From contig OY740782.1 in NCBI GenBank assembly GCA_963514005.1, positions 150,970,001 to 151,034,000 on the forward strand: 64,000 nucleotides of DNA, given 5' to 3'. Under the pieces are notes generated by a model. The model was not told the origin of the DNA, made no database searches, and was given only the letters and a program-made list of their open reading frames with translations. Below, in pieces: positions 23,179 through 36,676 of this stretch (its first letter is position 1; every line of letters starts with the position of its first letter). This DNA comes from Raja brachyura (Eukaryota). The position numbers were made by a program, and so were the translations under genes.

Positions 23179-26100
23179 CAAATATTTTTTGTTCTGGGGA
23201 GAATTTAAAACAACTACTGGACAAAATAACAAAATAAATGGGCAAACTGAAAACATGGTTTGACAGGAACAAAATATCATTAAACTTGAGCAAAACCAAA
23301 ATAATGTTATTTGGTAATTGCAGAACAAATACACAAGCAAATATAAAGATAAATGGGGTTGAAATTGAACGAGTTCATGAAAATAAATGTCTTGGGGTTA
23401 TAATGGATGATAGAATCAGCTGGAAATCACACATTAAACATGTACAATCTAAACTGTCAAAAAGCATTTCTGTATTACACAAAGTCAAGCAGGTTCTGGA
23501 TCACAAATCACTCCGCATTCTCTACTGTTCACTAATCTTACCCTACTTAAATTACTGTGCAGAAGTCTGGGGCAATAACTATAAAAGTTCGCTACATTCA
23601 TTAACTATTCTGCAAAAAAGACCAATACGCATTATTCACAATGTCAGGTATCTGGATCACACTAATTCATTATTCTTACAGTCAAAATTATTAAAATGAG
23701 CAGATTTGGTTGCATTTAAAACAGCACAGATAATGTTTAGGGCCAAAAATAAAAACTTACCTGGAAATATACAAACATTAATCAATGAGCGAGTGGGGGG
23801 TTATAATTTAAGAAGAATATTTAATTTTAAGGTACAAAGAGTCCGCACGACCAGAAAACCTTTTTGTATTTCGGTCTGTGGAGTGGGATTGTGGAACAGT
23901 TTGAATGTGGAGTTAAAGCAATGTCCAAACATGAACCAGTTCAAAATGACGGACAAAAAACTTGTTTTCACAAGGTACAGGGATGAAGGGGATGGTTGAC
24001 AAACAGGGGTTAATGTTTATTTATTTATTATTTATTTATGTTTTTTGGTTACTTCATACATATTACTTGTATGTGTTTATCAGTTGTATGTATATATATG
24101 TCCGTATGCATCTCTAAACATTGTCTGGGGTACGTCTACGGTTAAATTGTATCTCAAATGAATAATTAGCTATTGTAGATTATATATTGTATATTATGTT
24201 ACATATTACATTACTATTGATACATTATTATTATTATTATTATAAGCAATGTTATTAATAATGGTGATAATAATAATTATTAATTAATTAATTATTAAAT
24301 CTGGAAGAAGGGTTTAGGGAGAAGGGGTGAGATTAAATAAGTTATTCTTCTTCTCACTCCTTTTCGAGCTTGTAAAGAAAAAGTGTTGGACATTTAAATG
24401 TTGCTTTATGCTTTTCATTGCTTTGCAAATATTGCCTGGAATGTCCAATTGTTTGACTATTTTGATTTTGTTGTTGTTATTTATTCCTATTTATGTCTTT
24501 ACTTGTTCGGAACAAATAAATAAATAAATAAATAGATAGATAAATATGATCATGGCTGATCATCCAACTCGGTATCCTGCACCTGCCTTCTCTCCATACC
24601 CCCTGTAGCCACAAGGGCCAAATTTAACTCCCTCTTAAATATAACCAATGAACTGGCCTCAACTACCTTCTGTGACAGAGAATTCCACAGATTCACCACT
24701 CTCTGTGTGAAAAATGTTTTTTTCATCTTGGTCCAAAAAGACTTCTCCCTTATCCTTAAACTGTGACCCCTTGTTCTGGACTTCCCCAACATCGGGAACA
24801 ATCTTCCTGCATCTAGCCTGTCCAACCCCTTAAGAATTTTTAAAGTTTCTATAAGATCCCCCCTCAATCTTCTAAATTCCAGCGAGTACAAGCCGAGTCT
24901 ATCCAGTCTTTCCTCATATGAAAGTCATGCCATCCCAGGAATCAGTCTGGTGAACCTTCTCTGTACTCCCTCTATGGCAAGAATGTATTTCCTCTGATTT
25001 GGAGACCAAAACTGTACGCAATACTCCAGGTGTGGTCTCACCAAGGCCCTGCACAACTACAATAGAACCTCCCTGCTCCTACACTCAAGACTTTAGTCGC
25101 GGTTACCCTGATAGTGCGCTGAATGGAATCAGCCGAGAGTAGTCCAGGAAACCCAACTAGTGGGATGAGTGGCTTTTGGCTCCGTGTGGCCTATTCTTAT
25201 TTTGGGGGCCTATACTATCTCACTCACCCGCCGTCAAAGGCCCAACCAATGTCTCCTTTATAATATTTTTATTAGAAGTCATATACAATAGGGTACATTA
25301 AGAATAATATAATACATTTCAGATACAACTTCTTGTTTTTGAATTTAATAATAAAAAAGTAATATAAGCAAAAAGAGAGAAAAAGAAAGTTAGGTAAAGT
25401 GGTGAAAGTGATCGTTCGTGAAAAGTACAAGATAAAGAGAGAAAGGAGGAGAGATATAAAAAATAAAATAAAGTTTAAATAAATAACAGGAAAGTAAAAC
25501 AGAAAAGATAATGAAAGGAAAATAAACTGGAAGGGATATACCTACTTCGTATCTTTGCGCATCCCTCACCCAGTTCTGAAACAGTTTATTTTGAGGATTA
25601 TGTTGCACCATATGCTTGTAATAAATCGATAAAGGGAGACCAAATCTTTAAGAATTGGTCTGATTTGCCTGCTGGGACCAATCTCATATCTTCCAGGTGT
25701 AACAATTCAGACATGTTTGAAATCCACATTTTAAGCGTTGGTGTTGGTGCATTTTTCCAGAATTTTAATATAGGTTTTTTTGCCGTTATTAAGCCATAAT
25801 TAAGGAAACTCTCTTGGAACGAAGTCAGCTCAGAGCCGGTCTCCATTGTTCCAAAGATAATCAATTCTGCATTGGGGTTCATTTCTGTTTTAAATACTTT
25901 TGTAAAAATTTCGAAAATTTAATTCCAAAACTTCTGAAGTTTTATGCAAAAGACAAAAGAGTGTGCTGTAGTTGCATCTTGAGATAAGCATTTATCACAG
26001 ATGGGTGAGACAGGTGGAAATATTTTATTCAATTTAGTTCTTGAGTAATATAATCTATGTAAAATGTTACATTGAATTAAGGTATGTCTTACATTTATCG

Positions 26101-29100
26101 AGCATTTATGTACATATAGAAAATATTTATCCCATCTGTCTTTCGAGATATTTATAAATAATTCTTGTTCCCAATCACTTCTGATTGCATCAGACGGTGG
26201 TATCTCTATGTTTAAAATGATATTATACAAATATGACATTAAATTAGTAGAATCCGCCTTTCTGTTCATAGCTTCATCTAGTATATCTGAAGTCAAAGTT
26301 TTATGTTCTTTTGTATGTTTTTTCAAGTAGTCACAGATTTGAAGATATTTAAAGTACTGATTACTTTTCAGGTTATATTTAAGTTGTAGTTGTTGGAATG
26401 ATAAAAGATTTCCCATTTCATACATTTCTCCAAAGGTTTTAATTCCTATTCTTTCCCAGTGTGTAAACGTTTTATCAATAATAGATGGTTTAAACGAGGG
26501 ATTATTAACAATAGGAGAGAGACGCGATAGATTTCTTAATTTGAAAGTTAATTTTATTTGTTTCCACGTTCGTATTGTACGATGAATAATTGGATTTTTC
26601 TTGTATATTGTATTATTCAGTTTTATCGGTGAGAGAAGGATCGCTCCTATATTAAACGGAGAGCAGTCCTCTCTCTCCATTGCTATCCAATCTACCTGTT
26701 GGGCAGAATTGTCCAACAAGTAAATTACATTTTTAGTATCCGTTGCCCAGTGATAGTACAGAAAGTTGGGTAGTGTCAGTCCGCCAAATTCCTTGGGTTT
26801 ACACAAGTGTCTGCTTTGAATTCTATGGGACTTATAGTCCCATATGAAATTTGTGATATCAGAGTCAACTTTTTACAAAAAAAATGTAGGTAAATATATT
26901 GGTATTGATTGAAATAAATATAAGATTTGTGGCAGAAAAATCATTTTTATGGCATTTATTCAGCCTATTAAAGACATCAGTAGTGTTTTCCAAAATTTAA
27001 TCAGAGCATTTAATTTAGTAAGTAAGGGCATGTAGTTTGCATTGAATAAATATTTATATTTTCTAGTAATTTGAATACCCAGATATTTAAATTTTTCTGT
27101 AGCAATTCTAAAGGTGTGTCGGTTCTTGAGGTTTTATCATCATAATTTCACTTTTATTCCAATTTATTCTATATCCTGAAAAGGATCCAAATTCCTCTAT
27201 TAAATTAAATATATTTGGTATGCTGGTTTGCGAATTTGTAACATGTAATATTACGTCCTCTGCATATAGTGATATTTTATTATTTGTATGTTTTGTATTA
27301 TAAATATGGATGTTCGGATGCATTCTTATACTTTGTGCTAAGGGTTCTATCACAAGAGCAAATAGCAGGGGTGATAGTGCACATCCCTGTCTATTGCCCC
27401 TGGATAGTTGAAATTTCGAAGTGAGTATATTATTAGTCAGTATTCTAGCAGTTGGCTTGTCATATAATAATTTTACCCATAAGATAAAATTCTCTCCCAT
27501 TTGAATTTTTTGCAATACTTTGAAGAGATTATCCCACCTGGTCAAATGCTTTTTCTGCATCCAATGAAATAATTGATAAGTCTTCCTCTTTAGTATTATG
27601 TGAATACATTATATTAAACCAATGTCTAAGTGAAAGCATACCCAAGTTGGGTAACAGGCAAATCGACCTGAACTAATTTACTATCCGTTGGAGTAATGTG
27701 ATCCCAGCTAATTCCAGATGCTGCTGATTAATCCTTAATGTCAATCATTGTCTCTTCTTGCCCGTTCTAGACTCCATACCCAGAATCATACCCACGTACT
27801 TTGCTGATCTCTCTGCCGGTGCGGCTGTATCAAGTGCACTCTCGTTGCTTTGAAACATTTTTTGGAATATTCGACAGTAATATAAGAAGGTATTGTGATA
27901 TTGCTTAGAGCTTGGTGGAGCAAACAGTTCGTCACGACGACCTATTTGTCAAAGATAGCTACTGTATCAGGGGAGGTTGCAAAATGAGCTTATGTGGTTG
28001 TTCTCCTCCTGGAACTTTGGCATAAAATGCATTCAAATATATTTGACCTTAACGTCATCGGACACCCGAGCGCGCAATGGTCGCATAATCAGTCACTCCT
28101 GTTCTACTAGCCAGTGACGATCTGAAAAAATATATATTTAGGGAAATGGTGGAACACGAAGAAATACGAGAGCGCATTTATCGTAAGGTGCTGGTTCATA
28201 GAAACAAAGAAAATAGGTGTCGGAGGAGGCCATTCGGCCCCTCGATCCAGCACCGCCATTCAATGTTATCATGGCTGATCGTCCACTATCAATAACCCGT
28301 GCCTGCCTTCTCCCCATATCCCTTGACTCCACTAGCCCCTAGAGCTCTATCCAACTCTCTCTTAAATCCATCCAGTGATTTGGCCTCCTGTGGCAGGGAA
28401 TTACATAAATTCACATCTCTCTGGGTTCAAAGGTTTTTTCTCACCTCAGTCTTAGATGACCTCCCCTTTATTCTAAGACTGTGGCCCCTGGTTCTGGACT
28501 CGCCCAACATTGGGAACATTTTTCCAGCATCTAGTTTGTCCAGTCCTTTAATAATGTTATATGTTTCTATAAGATACCCCCTCATCCTTCTAAACTCCAG
28601 TGAATACAAGCCTAGTCTTTTCAATCTTTACTCATATGACAGTCCCGCCATCCCAGGGTTCCTTCGAGAAACAAACAGGGCAAACCAGCTCAGGCTTTTG
28701 TAGTTCCGCTTTTATTTGTGATTTAACACAAACATATTACAGAGACGTTTTTAACAGCATAACACGAAGTGGTCAAAACAACTGAATTCCACGCTGAGAC
28801 CAGGTACATTGAACATGTAGCTCGAGAGTCAAAGGTTAGCTCTGAATTAAGGAAAGGACAATTGAGCAGAAAAGGAGTAAATAGATATTTGCTCATACGC
28901 GGAATGTGCGCACCCGTTGGGTTGTTGGGTATGTATTTACACATGTATTTACATTACATTTTATTTACAGGCTTTTGGTTTGGCCGCACTTGGAGTATAG
29001 TGTGGAGGTCAGGTCGTCCCTTCGAAGGAATAATGTGGAGGCTTTGGAGAAGATGCAGAAGAGGTTTACTAGAATGCTGCAGGGGTTGGAATCATTAGCT

Positions 29101-29581
29101 ATAAGAAGAGGTTGGCAAACATGGATTGTTTTCTTTGGCACGTCGGAGGTTGAAGGGAGACCCGGTAGAAGTTGTTAGAATAATGACAGGCATAGATAGT
29201 GAGTCTGAATTTAACATGAAGTTGACGATCTCATACAAACAGCGTTCCCGACTTTCTATTCAACGGCATTCAACACCGGAAGGACACAAATATGGCCCAT
29301 GCTAAAGGAAAAGAGAATGTATAGAAAAAAGATCAAAATAAAAAAAGAAACGTTTACCGTTTGAGAAAATTGACTTCTTTTCACATGATATTCAAATGCC
29401 GATTAAAATAGTTTGATACATTAACGCTATACTAAAGGCAACTAGGCAATATCAAACAAGTCAGATAGACAGAATGAAGTGTTGCTTATGATATTGTCCG
29501 CTTCAGATTTGAACATTTCCCTTGGTTACAACGACGTCCATAGTCCGGTCAGAAAAATACACGGTTTTCATCATTCAATCG

Positions 29582-29590
29582 TCACTTGAC
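29582..29590 (-). CDS. IGHM: IgM TM2 exon (VK-stop)
   Basis: ctctttacag|GTC AAG TGA on the minus strand. Confidence 0.92.
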   Translation of the reverse strand, partial: VK

Positions 29591-29724
29591 CTGTAAAGAG
29601 AGGGAGAGAATATGAAAGTGTATTAGCAGTCTGTGACTTAGATGCCAGGACATCCAAAGAGTACGAGAATCGATATTTTGCCGTGCTCTTCAATCAGGTG
29701 GAAAAGTAAGTGGAATGAACTCGC

Positions 29725-29852
29725 CTTCACCAGAGTTACGGCAGCACCGTAGGAAATGCTCAGGAAGAACAGGATAATGAATGTGGAAGCGGTTGTCCAG
29801 ATATTGTCTCTGTCTTCCTCATAGTCCTCAAGACGAACGTTGTCGGCGTAAT
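29725..29852 (-). CDS. IGHM: IgM TM1 exon
   Basis: 128 bp, phase 1 start, (D)YADNVRLEDYEEDRDNIWTTASTFIILFFLSISYGAAVTLVK, donor AAG|GCGAGT. Confidence 0.95.
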
Positions 29853-30894
29853 CTACGCAAAGCAGAACGCGAAGACGTTCACAATATATTCTAATATACA
29901 ACATTGTATTTTATTTATTATTTACCAAAATAATACGAACATTAATATTAGGGATATTAATTTCCAATGCGCTGTTTTTACGTTGAGGTGATCATCCTCA
30001 ACAATTGTATCCAAAATCAAGGCCACTTGTAGACACAGCTGCTAATAACCAACCGTTTATGAATAGTTTTGTGGAAAGCAATGTGTATGTACATTTCTGG
30101 GATTAATTGTCCATTCTATAAACATCCGCTTCCCATTAATATAATTTACTAACCGGGATGGTATAAAACTTGAAGCTGGTTATTGCTTACAATGTTATCA
30201 GATAACCCTTTATTTGGAGATGGTGACCGGAGATCGGCGAAGGAACTCACTGAATGCAAACATTGGCTCCCAATAATTTGCCATAATTCCCTCATTAGAA
30301 CCATGTTGTCTGATGTATCCTTTTTTCGGTTAGGGGATGGAGGAAGGCTTGTGTACAAAAAAATAACTTTGAACCATTTTATAGGCATTATCTTTCTAGT
30401 GTAAAACATGGAGCATGAATGATCTACGGTTACACTTAGTTTTTAGGAACGCGTGGAAAACTACTGGTTAAATGATCTGAATGGCCCTTCCGTTTGCCTG
30501 TAACTAGGTAGATTTGTATCATTAAGTATAAGTTTGCCTAAATCCTCACATTCTTTTCGTATTGGTTCATGGTCGTGTGTGAGTGTGAGTGTGTATGCGC
30601 GCGTGTGTGAGTGTGTGTGTGTCACAGTGTGTTTCTGTGTGTGTGTGTGCGAGCACTTATACTGCGTGCGTTGCTGTGGAAAATCTATTTCAACATCACT
30701 CAGCATTTATGAAAAAGAAAAATATAATATGAGCCAATATATCTACTAGCGTGTATTGTCACAGGAAATTTGCTTTGAAAGTCCATTGGTATTAAAGTGA
30801 GAGCCTAAATGCATTTGTGTTGTATTAATGTTGGGTTTTTTGTGCAAATATGTGCTTTTAGCTAACCGTTTTTGTCCAAATATGCACTTTTAGC

Positions 30895-31205
30895 AAACCA
30901 GGGGCCACAGTCTTCGAATAAAGGGGAGGTCATTTAAGGCTGAGGTGAGAAAAAACGTTTTCATCCAGAGAGTTGTGAATTTGTGGAATTCCCAGCCACA
31001 GAGGGCAGTGGAAGCCAAGTCACTGGATGGATTTAAGAGAGAGTTAGATAGAGCTCTAGGGGCTAGTGGAGTCAAGGGATATGGGGAGAAGGCAGGCACG
31101 GGTTATTGATTGGGGACGATCAGCCATGATCACAATGAATGGCAGTGCTGGCTCGAAGGGCCGAAGGGCCTCCTCCTGCGCCTATTTTCTATGTTTCTAT
31201 GTTCC
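30895..31205 (+). mobile_element. CR1 3' end in the CH4-TM intron
   Basis: Same CR1 3' UTR and (TTTCTATG)n tail as the other copies. Confidence 0.85.
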
Positions 31206-31770
31206 TATTATATTGCATTACAAAGAATGTTTGATTGCTGGTCTGTTTAGGTAGATGTCCATGTGCTATGGGGTAAACATGTCGTTAATTGCGTTTTATG
31301 TATGTTTCTATGCGACCCCATAAATGATTTTATTTTTGTGCGCTTGCTGATGTTTTGTGGTGAGTATGCTTCGTGTACATCTGGGGGAGAGCTGGAAACG
31401 GATGTGGCCTTGTCTAATGCTCCAGCCGGCGTGTTATTGAATGTCTCGCCGCATCTGATATTTGGCTCTAAGTTTGTGTTCTCACGAGCCACTCAGAGCG
31501 GTTATCCCACCATTCACCTGCACAGATTGTGATGACCGTTTAATAACTGAACGCCACAGCATTCTTGACCCGGAGTTAAATGGCCCACTTCTTCATGGGA
31601 ACAATCTATAATGGTGACACTTTATTCTTGTTCTTTAGGTTCCACTTAGTTGTACTTAGAAATACGTTACTTTCATTGAATTGATACAGGCTGTTTCTGC
31701 TCTACGCTCCTGAAGCCATTCTGCATCATGTGCATCATGTTACATTCTCTTATCATTAATATATGGATGT

Positions 31771-32123
31771 NNNNNNNNNNNNNNNNNNNNNNNNNNNNNN
31801 NNNNNNNNNNNNNNNNNNNNNNNNNNNNNNNNNNNNNNNNNNNNNNNNNNNNNNNNNNNNNNNNNNNNNNNNNNNNNNNNNNNNNNNNNNNNNNNNNNNN
31901 NNNNNTGAGAGTGTGTATGTGTGCGTGTGTGAGTGAGAAAGAGTGNNNNNNNNNNNNNNNNNNNNNNNNNNNNNNNNNNNNNNNNNNNNNNNNNNNNNNN
32001 NNNNNNNNNNNNNNNNNNNNNNNNNNNNNNNNNNNNNNNNNNNNNNNNNNNNNNNNNNNNNNNNNNNNNNNNNNNNNNNNNNNNNNNNNNNNNNNNNNNN
32101 NNNNNNNNNNNNNNNNNNNNNNN
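31771..32123. other. Assembly gaps/masked runs (31771-31905, 31946-32123) around a (GT)n-like tract
   Basis: N runs. Confidence 0.99.
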
Positions 32124-32481
32124 GCAATAGTGTTCATATATATTGAGTGCATGGCACGATGTAAACATTTGAGATCCTGCCTCAGGTCTGAATGGATTGG
32201 AAACAGGAGAAGGAGGGACACGGAGATCCAAAGGCATGGACCCATATCTGCCCAGCAAGAGCAGTAATGTTGAAGTGTGTCCGCGATGCGTGCAGTGGTG
32301 CAGTTGTGACTTATCTCTAAAACCCCGTTGTTACTGTGTGTGCAGTCTGCATCCGTTTTTCGTGAATTGTGGCCAAGATTTTCAAGTATCAATGTTAATA
32401 TATAGTCATCGTTTTGGCAGAATGTTTTATATAATTAATTGGGTGGCCATGTGTCCAGCTTAAGATTGGAGGTTAAAGATA

Positions 32482-32497
32482 TTTATTAGTATTTATT
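32482..32497 (-). terminator. Tandem AATAAA polyadenylation signals for secreted mu mRNA
   Basis: TTTATT at 32482-32487 and 32492-32497, about 30-40 nt downstream of the secretory stop codon. Confidence 0.75.
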
Positions 32498-32524
32498 TCA
32501 GAGAAATTTGCAAGGAATTCATTC

Positions 32525-32916
32525 TCATTGACAGGAATTGACAGTGTCCATCAATACAAGGGAAACGTTGACAAAACTGGGTTTACCGCTGGACTTATTG
32601 ACCGTTCTGACGATGGTCTTCATGGGGAGTGCTTCGTGCCCCACCAGACAGGAGAAGGAGGCTCCGCTAGCCCACTGCTCTGCCCCAACGGATAACAGGC
32701 TGTAGGTGAAGAAGGTGTCATTGCCGTTCTCCGCCTCCACCTCGGTGTTCCTGTACTTGCTCCAATGCACCCGCTTGTCATCAACTGTCCATGTGACGAA
32801 GACCCTGCGAGGGGAGAATCCTCTCACAAAGCAGGTGAGGGTGATAGTCTTGTGAGCGGAGATCTCTTCTGTCGGCGGCAGAAGGACTGAGACGGACGGT
32901 GCCAGCAGATGTTGAG
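32525..32916 (-). CDS. IGHM: IgM CH4 exon plus secretory tailpiece (internal donor for the membrane form after 32587)
   Basis: Acceptor gtcccgtag|[42 protein letters not shown]|[20 protein letters not shown]. The tailpiece has an N-glycan sequon and a penultimate Cys; cryptic donor AGCG|GTAAAC. Confidence 0.97.
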
Positions 32917-33460
32917 CTACGGGACAATTCAAATGGCGTTTATTATACAAGACGGTTAAAGCAATTAAAAGCTAATATATTCGTACGTGAGTAAACTGCC
33001 AACCGACAGTATTAACGGCATTGCTTTCCCCTTTTGTGACTTGTCTCTTTGTTCAGACATATACACCTGAACGTGCGTCTCTCCTGTGCACGGCAGAAGA
33101 TTTGTATGAATCACTTCACACACTCACAACACAAGATCAAGCTATTCGCCGTCTCTGGTCCGTGTTATTTCTGATGACCATGGTTGTCTCCTGCTCCTTT
33201 TGTCATTTATTACTAAATGCAGTTCTACCTTGGTTCATCTGTCTCACGCAATTCCCACCTCATATTCATGCAAAGTCATCTCGTATTCTCTCTTTTCCAG
33301 CTCTGACCAAGGACTCAGTGAAGTCTTAGCACTATTTCATTTTGCATATATTGCTTCGCCGACTGAGTGATCTCAATCATTACATTTAGATTTATCTCAG
33401 AAGAAAAGTGCACCAGTCACCTCTGGCCCACAGGACCCCTCTGCAGTTACCCCGGCTCAC

Positions 33461-33763
33461 CTTTCTTCCAGTTGATTCGTCCAGTTTTTGGAGACGGCAG
33501 ATCATCATGGCTCACCACGCATTCGAAATAATCCCCACTCAGCCAGTCACGAGTCGAAATGTTGACTTTGCTCTCTACGATATCCCCATGTTCTGTGGGC
33601 TGGATCTCTGATTCCAAATGTTCCTTCTTGTGGTTCCAAGATACTGTGATACCATAAGGTGCATTGGATACCCGACAGGTTAACGTCACGGTCATCTCCA
33701 TTAACTCTTGTTCAACAGGTGGTGGAAGGATTGTAATCTTCGGTTCATCGCAGGAATTAGGAT
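33461..33763 (-). CDS. IGHM: IgM CH3 exon
   Basis: 303 bp, gccacag|AT...AAG|GTGAGC. DPNSCDEPKITILPPP..VTLTC..VSW..DWLSGDYFECVVSHDDLPSP. Confidence 0.95.
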
Positions 33764-34635
33764 CTGTGGCACAATAATTAATGTGAACATAAGCATTTGC
33801 AGGAGTAACCGAGATCGAAGGTTTACACCAAGCATCCGCCCCCAAAACCTTAATATGTACATGACCCCTTCTGAGTAGTGATTCTGGGAACATGGGTCGT
33901 AAATCGTCATGAACTGCCTTTTGTCTGTGTGCAGTGAACGACACAATAAATGAAATGAGAGATCGCACCATGGGCTATAGCACGATAGGCACACAATGCT
34001 GGAGTACTGTATCTCAGCGGGTCAGGCAGCGGGTCAGCATCTCTGCAGAAAATGAATACGTGCCGTTTCGGGTCCACACCCTCCTTTAACAGGTATTAAC
34101 AGGTACAAATACAAAAATAAGGATCTCCACCTCCTTGCCAGTGATGACCCACCTATACCGTCTCCACTAGCTTCCTCCTCTTGGACTTGCATTCCATCTC
34201 TCTCCGGCCACCCCCCACCCTCGTCATCCGACTAGTTTCACTGCGGTCCTGTTTCGTTTCACTCTTTGTATCTACTCGTTATCACCATTTCCAGAGCAAC
34301 AACGGACCAATGTGGCCTCGACCTTTCTTTGTTCATCGTTGCTGGCTTTGATTTGTTCTTTTCATTCATTTGTTTGTACATTCTCATACCTCTAGTTTCC
34401 CTCTGCTCTGATTCCAACTCGGAAGATGAGTCTCGACCCGAATCGTCACCTATTCCTTTTCTATGCAGATGCCTAACCCGCTGTTACTTGGGAATTATGT
34501 TTCTATTTTTAGTGCAAACCAGCATCTGCACTTCTATTCTACACATAGGCTTTCACAATGTCAGTGAAATACTACCACCGTGAGCGCTAATGTTTACACT
34601 AATATCCCGAGACATACCACGGATGTATTTCTTAC

Positions 34636-34953
34636 CTGGAGACCTACTGATGTTTTGGCTTATCAAATCTTTTTCATGGTTGACTTGGCAGGTATAGACG
34701 GAACCTCCGAACCACTCTGCAGCTGGGAATGTCAACTGGCTGGTCGCCGAGAAGTTACCGTTACCGTTCACCTGGAAGGCGGGAGAGGTGACGATGCCAG
34801 AATGCCATGGCTCGCCATCCTTCAGCCAGTTCACAGTAAATTTCGCTGGGGTGAAATCGTTGACCAAACACACGGCGGTCGCTTTTCTGCTGCGCTTGAT
34901 TTCCTCAAGGGCAGTTATGGTAATGGCGAGAGTAGGATGATGTACCTCGCGGT
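34636..34953 (-). CDS. IGHM: IgM CH2 exon
   Basis: 318 bp, tttctttcag|AC...CAG|GTAAGA. ATAVCLVNDFTP..VNWLKDG..FSATSQLT..EW..YTCQVNH. Confidence 0.95.
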
Positions 34954-35879
34954 CTGAAAGAAAATAAACTTCATTGGAATTGCTCATAAACTATCGTCGA
35001 TTAATAAAGACACCCAATATTTTGTCCAAGAAAAAGAAAATCACTTTTTCTGATTAAAAGTAGCCGTCCACTCACCTGGACTTCCCGAGATGCTGCTATA
35101 TTCTTTGTTTATCACAGTACATCGAGTGCTCGTAAATGGGGAAATTAGAGCTCGGTAACTCGTTGTCACAGGGATGTAATGGGCCGACTGTTTTGCCTTT
35201 GTCCTCTATGACTGTGTCTGTGCTTTTAATACTCTTGTAATGTTCTCAACATGGTGCACTCAGCCGCTTCGATTGTTCGCGAGTTAAAATGTAACTTATC
35301 TACGGATAGAGCAGTTCCTCGCGAATTATATGGATGTGCTCGTGATGATAATAAATTGACCAGCACTCTTTTCAAGCTCTCTACAGGTAAATTTTTGTTT
35401 TTTTATGATTTTGTAAATGGTGAATTGTCGCGATATTTGAAGCACCGCCTTTCGTTCCGTCCCAAGAATGAAATACGGCAGTGCTTCCGTATTGTGAATA
35501 TCGCTCTCGGCCCTCGGTGCCAGGAAACAAAACTCACCGTTTTATCGAAACAACAACAGTAGATGTTGTTTGATTCAAAATAGAGACAAAGGGCTGGAAT
35601 AATTTGGCGGGTAAGGCATGTGTCACTTTCTATTGAGACTTTAAGCCTTTGGTAGTTAAGTTCAGATGGAGTTTCATCAGTGTTCCAGATGTTACATGAC
35701 ATCTGTGGATGCAGCCGCATTTTCACATCACTATATAGACATGAATTGCCTGTCTTTGACTAGGTGGATCGTGGAGCTCAGATGAGCGTTCGACATTCAG
35801 TATGACATGAAGATTAAAACCAAACAGGGCACATTAAGTCAAGTGCTTGTCTTCAATTGTCAAATCCCGTGAATTATAT

Positions 35880-36335
35880 GGATTGCATCATGGCCTGGTT
35901 CGGCATCATGGCCTGGTTCGGCAACTTGAACATCCAGGAGCGGAAAAGATAGCAAAATGTTGTGACCACTAGCCCATTCCATAACCGGCTCGGACCCCCC
36001 ATCATCAAAGGGATCTATCGCAGTCGCTGCCTCAATAAGGCAGCCAACATCAGAGACCCACACCATCCTGGCCACACACCCATCTTACCACTGCCACCGG
36101 GAAGAAGGTACAGGAGCCTGAGAACTGTAACGTCCAGGTTCAGGAACAGCTACTTCCCAACAGCCATCAGGCTATTAAACTCTGCAATCTCATATGCTCT
36201 GAACTACAATAGACTATTATTATTATTATTATTGCACTGTTATAGTTTGTTTTTTGAGTGTGTGTGCGTGTATACATGCAAACATTTCATTGTTCTATCT
36301 GGGACATATGACAATAAAACATTCTTGACTCTCGA
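35880..36335 (+). mobile_element. Rex1-like 3' fragment in the CH1-CH2 intron
   Basis: [40 protein letters not shown], homologous to 18440-18930. Confidence 0.8.
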
Positions 36336-36379
36336 CTCTCAACTCCACCCTCGGCCTCGCGGTGCACCCCAACACGAAC

Positions 36380-36676
36380 CTGGTACTTTCACTTGATACT
36401 CTTGTTGGCCGTGTTGAACCACGCAGAAGATGTCGCTTCCTCCTGCCTGCGCCTCGGTGATGGTTAACTCGCTGCTCCGGGTGTAAGTTCCCAACTTATT
36501 GAACACTGCCGGGTATTCCTTCACTCCGCTGGTCAGTTGTTTATCATCTTTCTTCCAAGAAACACTGGCGCCCGCAGGGGAATAGCCCAACGCCAAACAA
36601 CCATAGGTGAACGAACCACTGGAGCCGTGATCCTCGCAGGTGAAGAGAATGAAGGAGCTGGGCGCGGAATCAGCCG
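36380..36676 (-). CDS. IGHM: IgM CH1 exon
   Basis: 297 bp, tttgccttgcag|CG...CCAG|GTTCGT. AADSAPSSFILFTCEDHGSSGSFTYGCLALGYSP..VSWKKD..YPAV..YTRSSELT..IFCVVQH. The N-terminal Cys is positioned for light-chain bonding. Confidence 0.93.

Larger units (their letters stand above)
23179..30157 (-). repeat. Right arm of the inverted duplication (Crack-like 23179-24545, CR1 24546-25090, L1 25255-27620, CR1 28195-28660, TM exons)
   Basis: Reverse complement of 1-7364 with scattered substitutions and indels. Confidence 0.95.

Noticed and set aside
31673-32392. Long ORFs spanning N runs (also 58357-59096)
   Set aside because: Artefacts of assembly gaps.
35068-35110. Strong donor CAG|GTGAGT on the minus strand in the CH1-CH2 intron, suggesting a hinge mini-exon
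   Set aside because: The nearest AG acceptors give 17 or 20 nt (frame-breaking) and lack a polypyrimidine tract.
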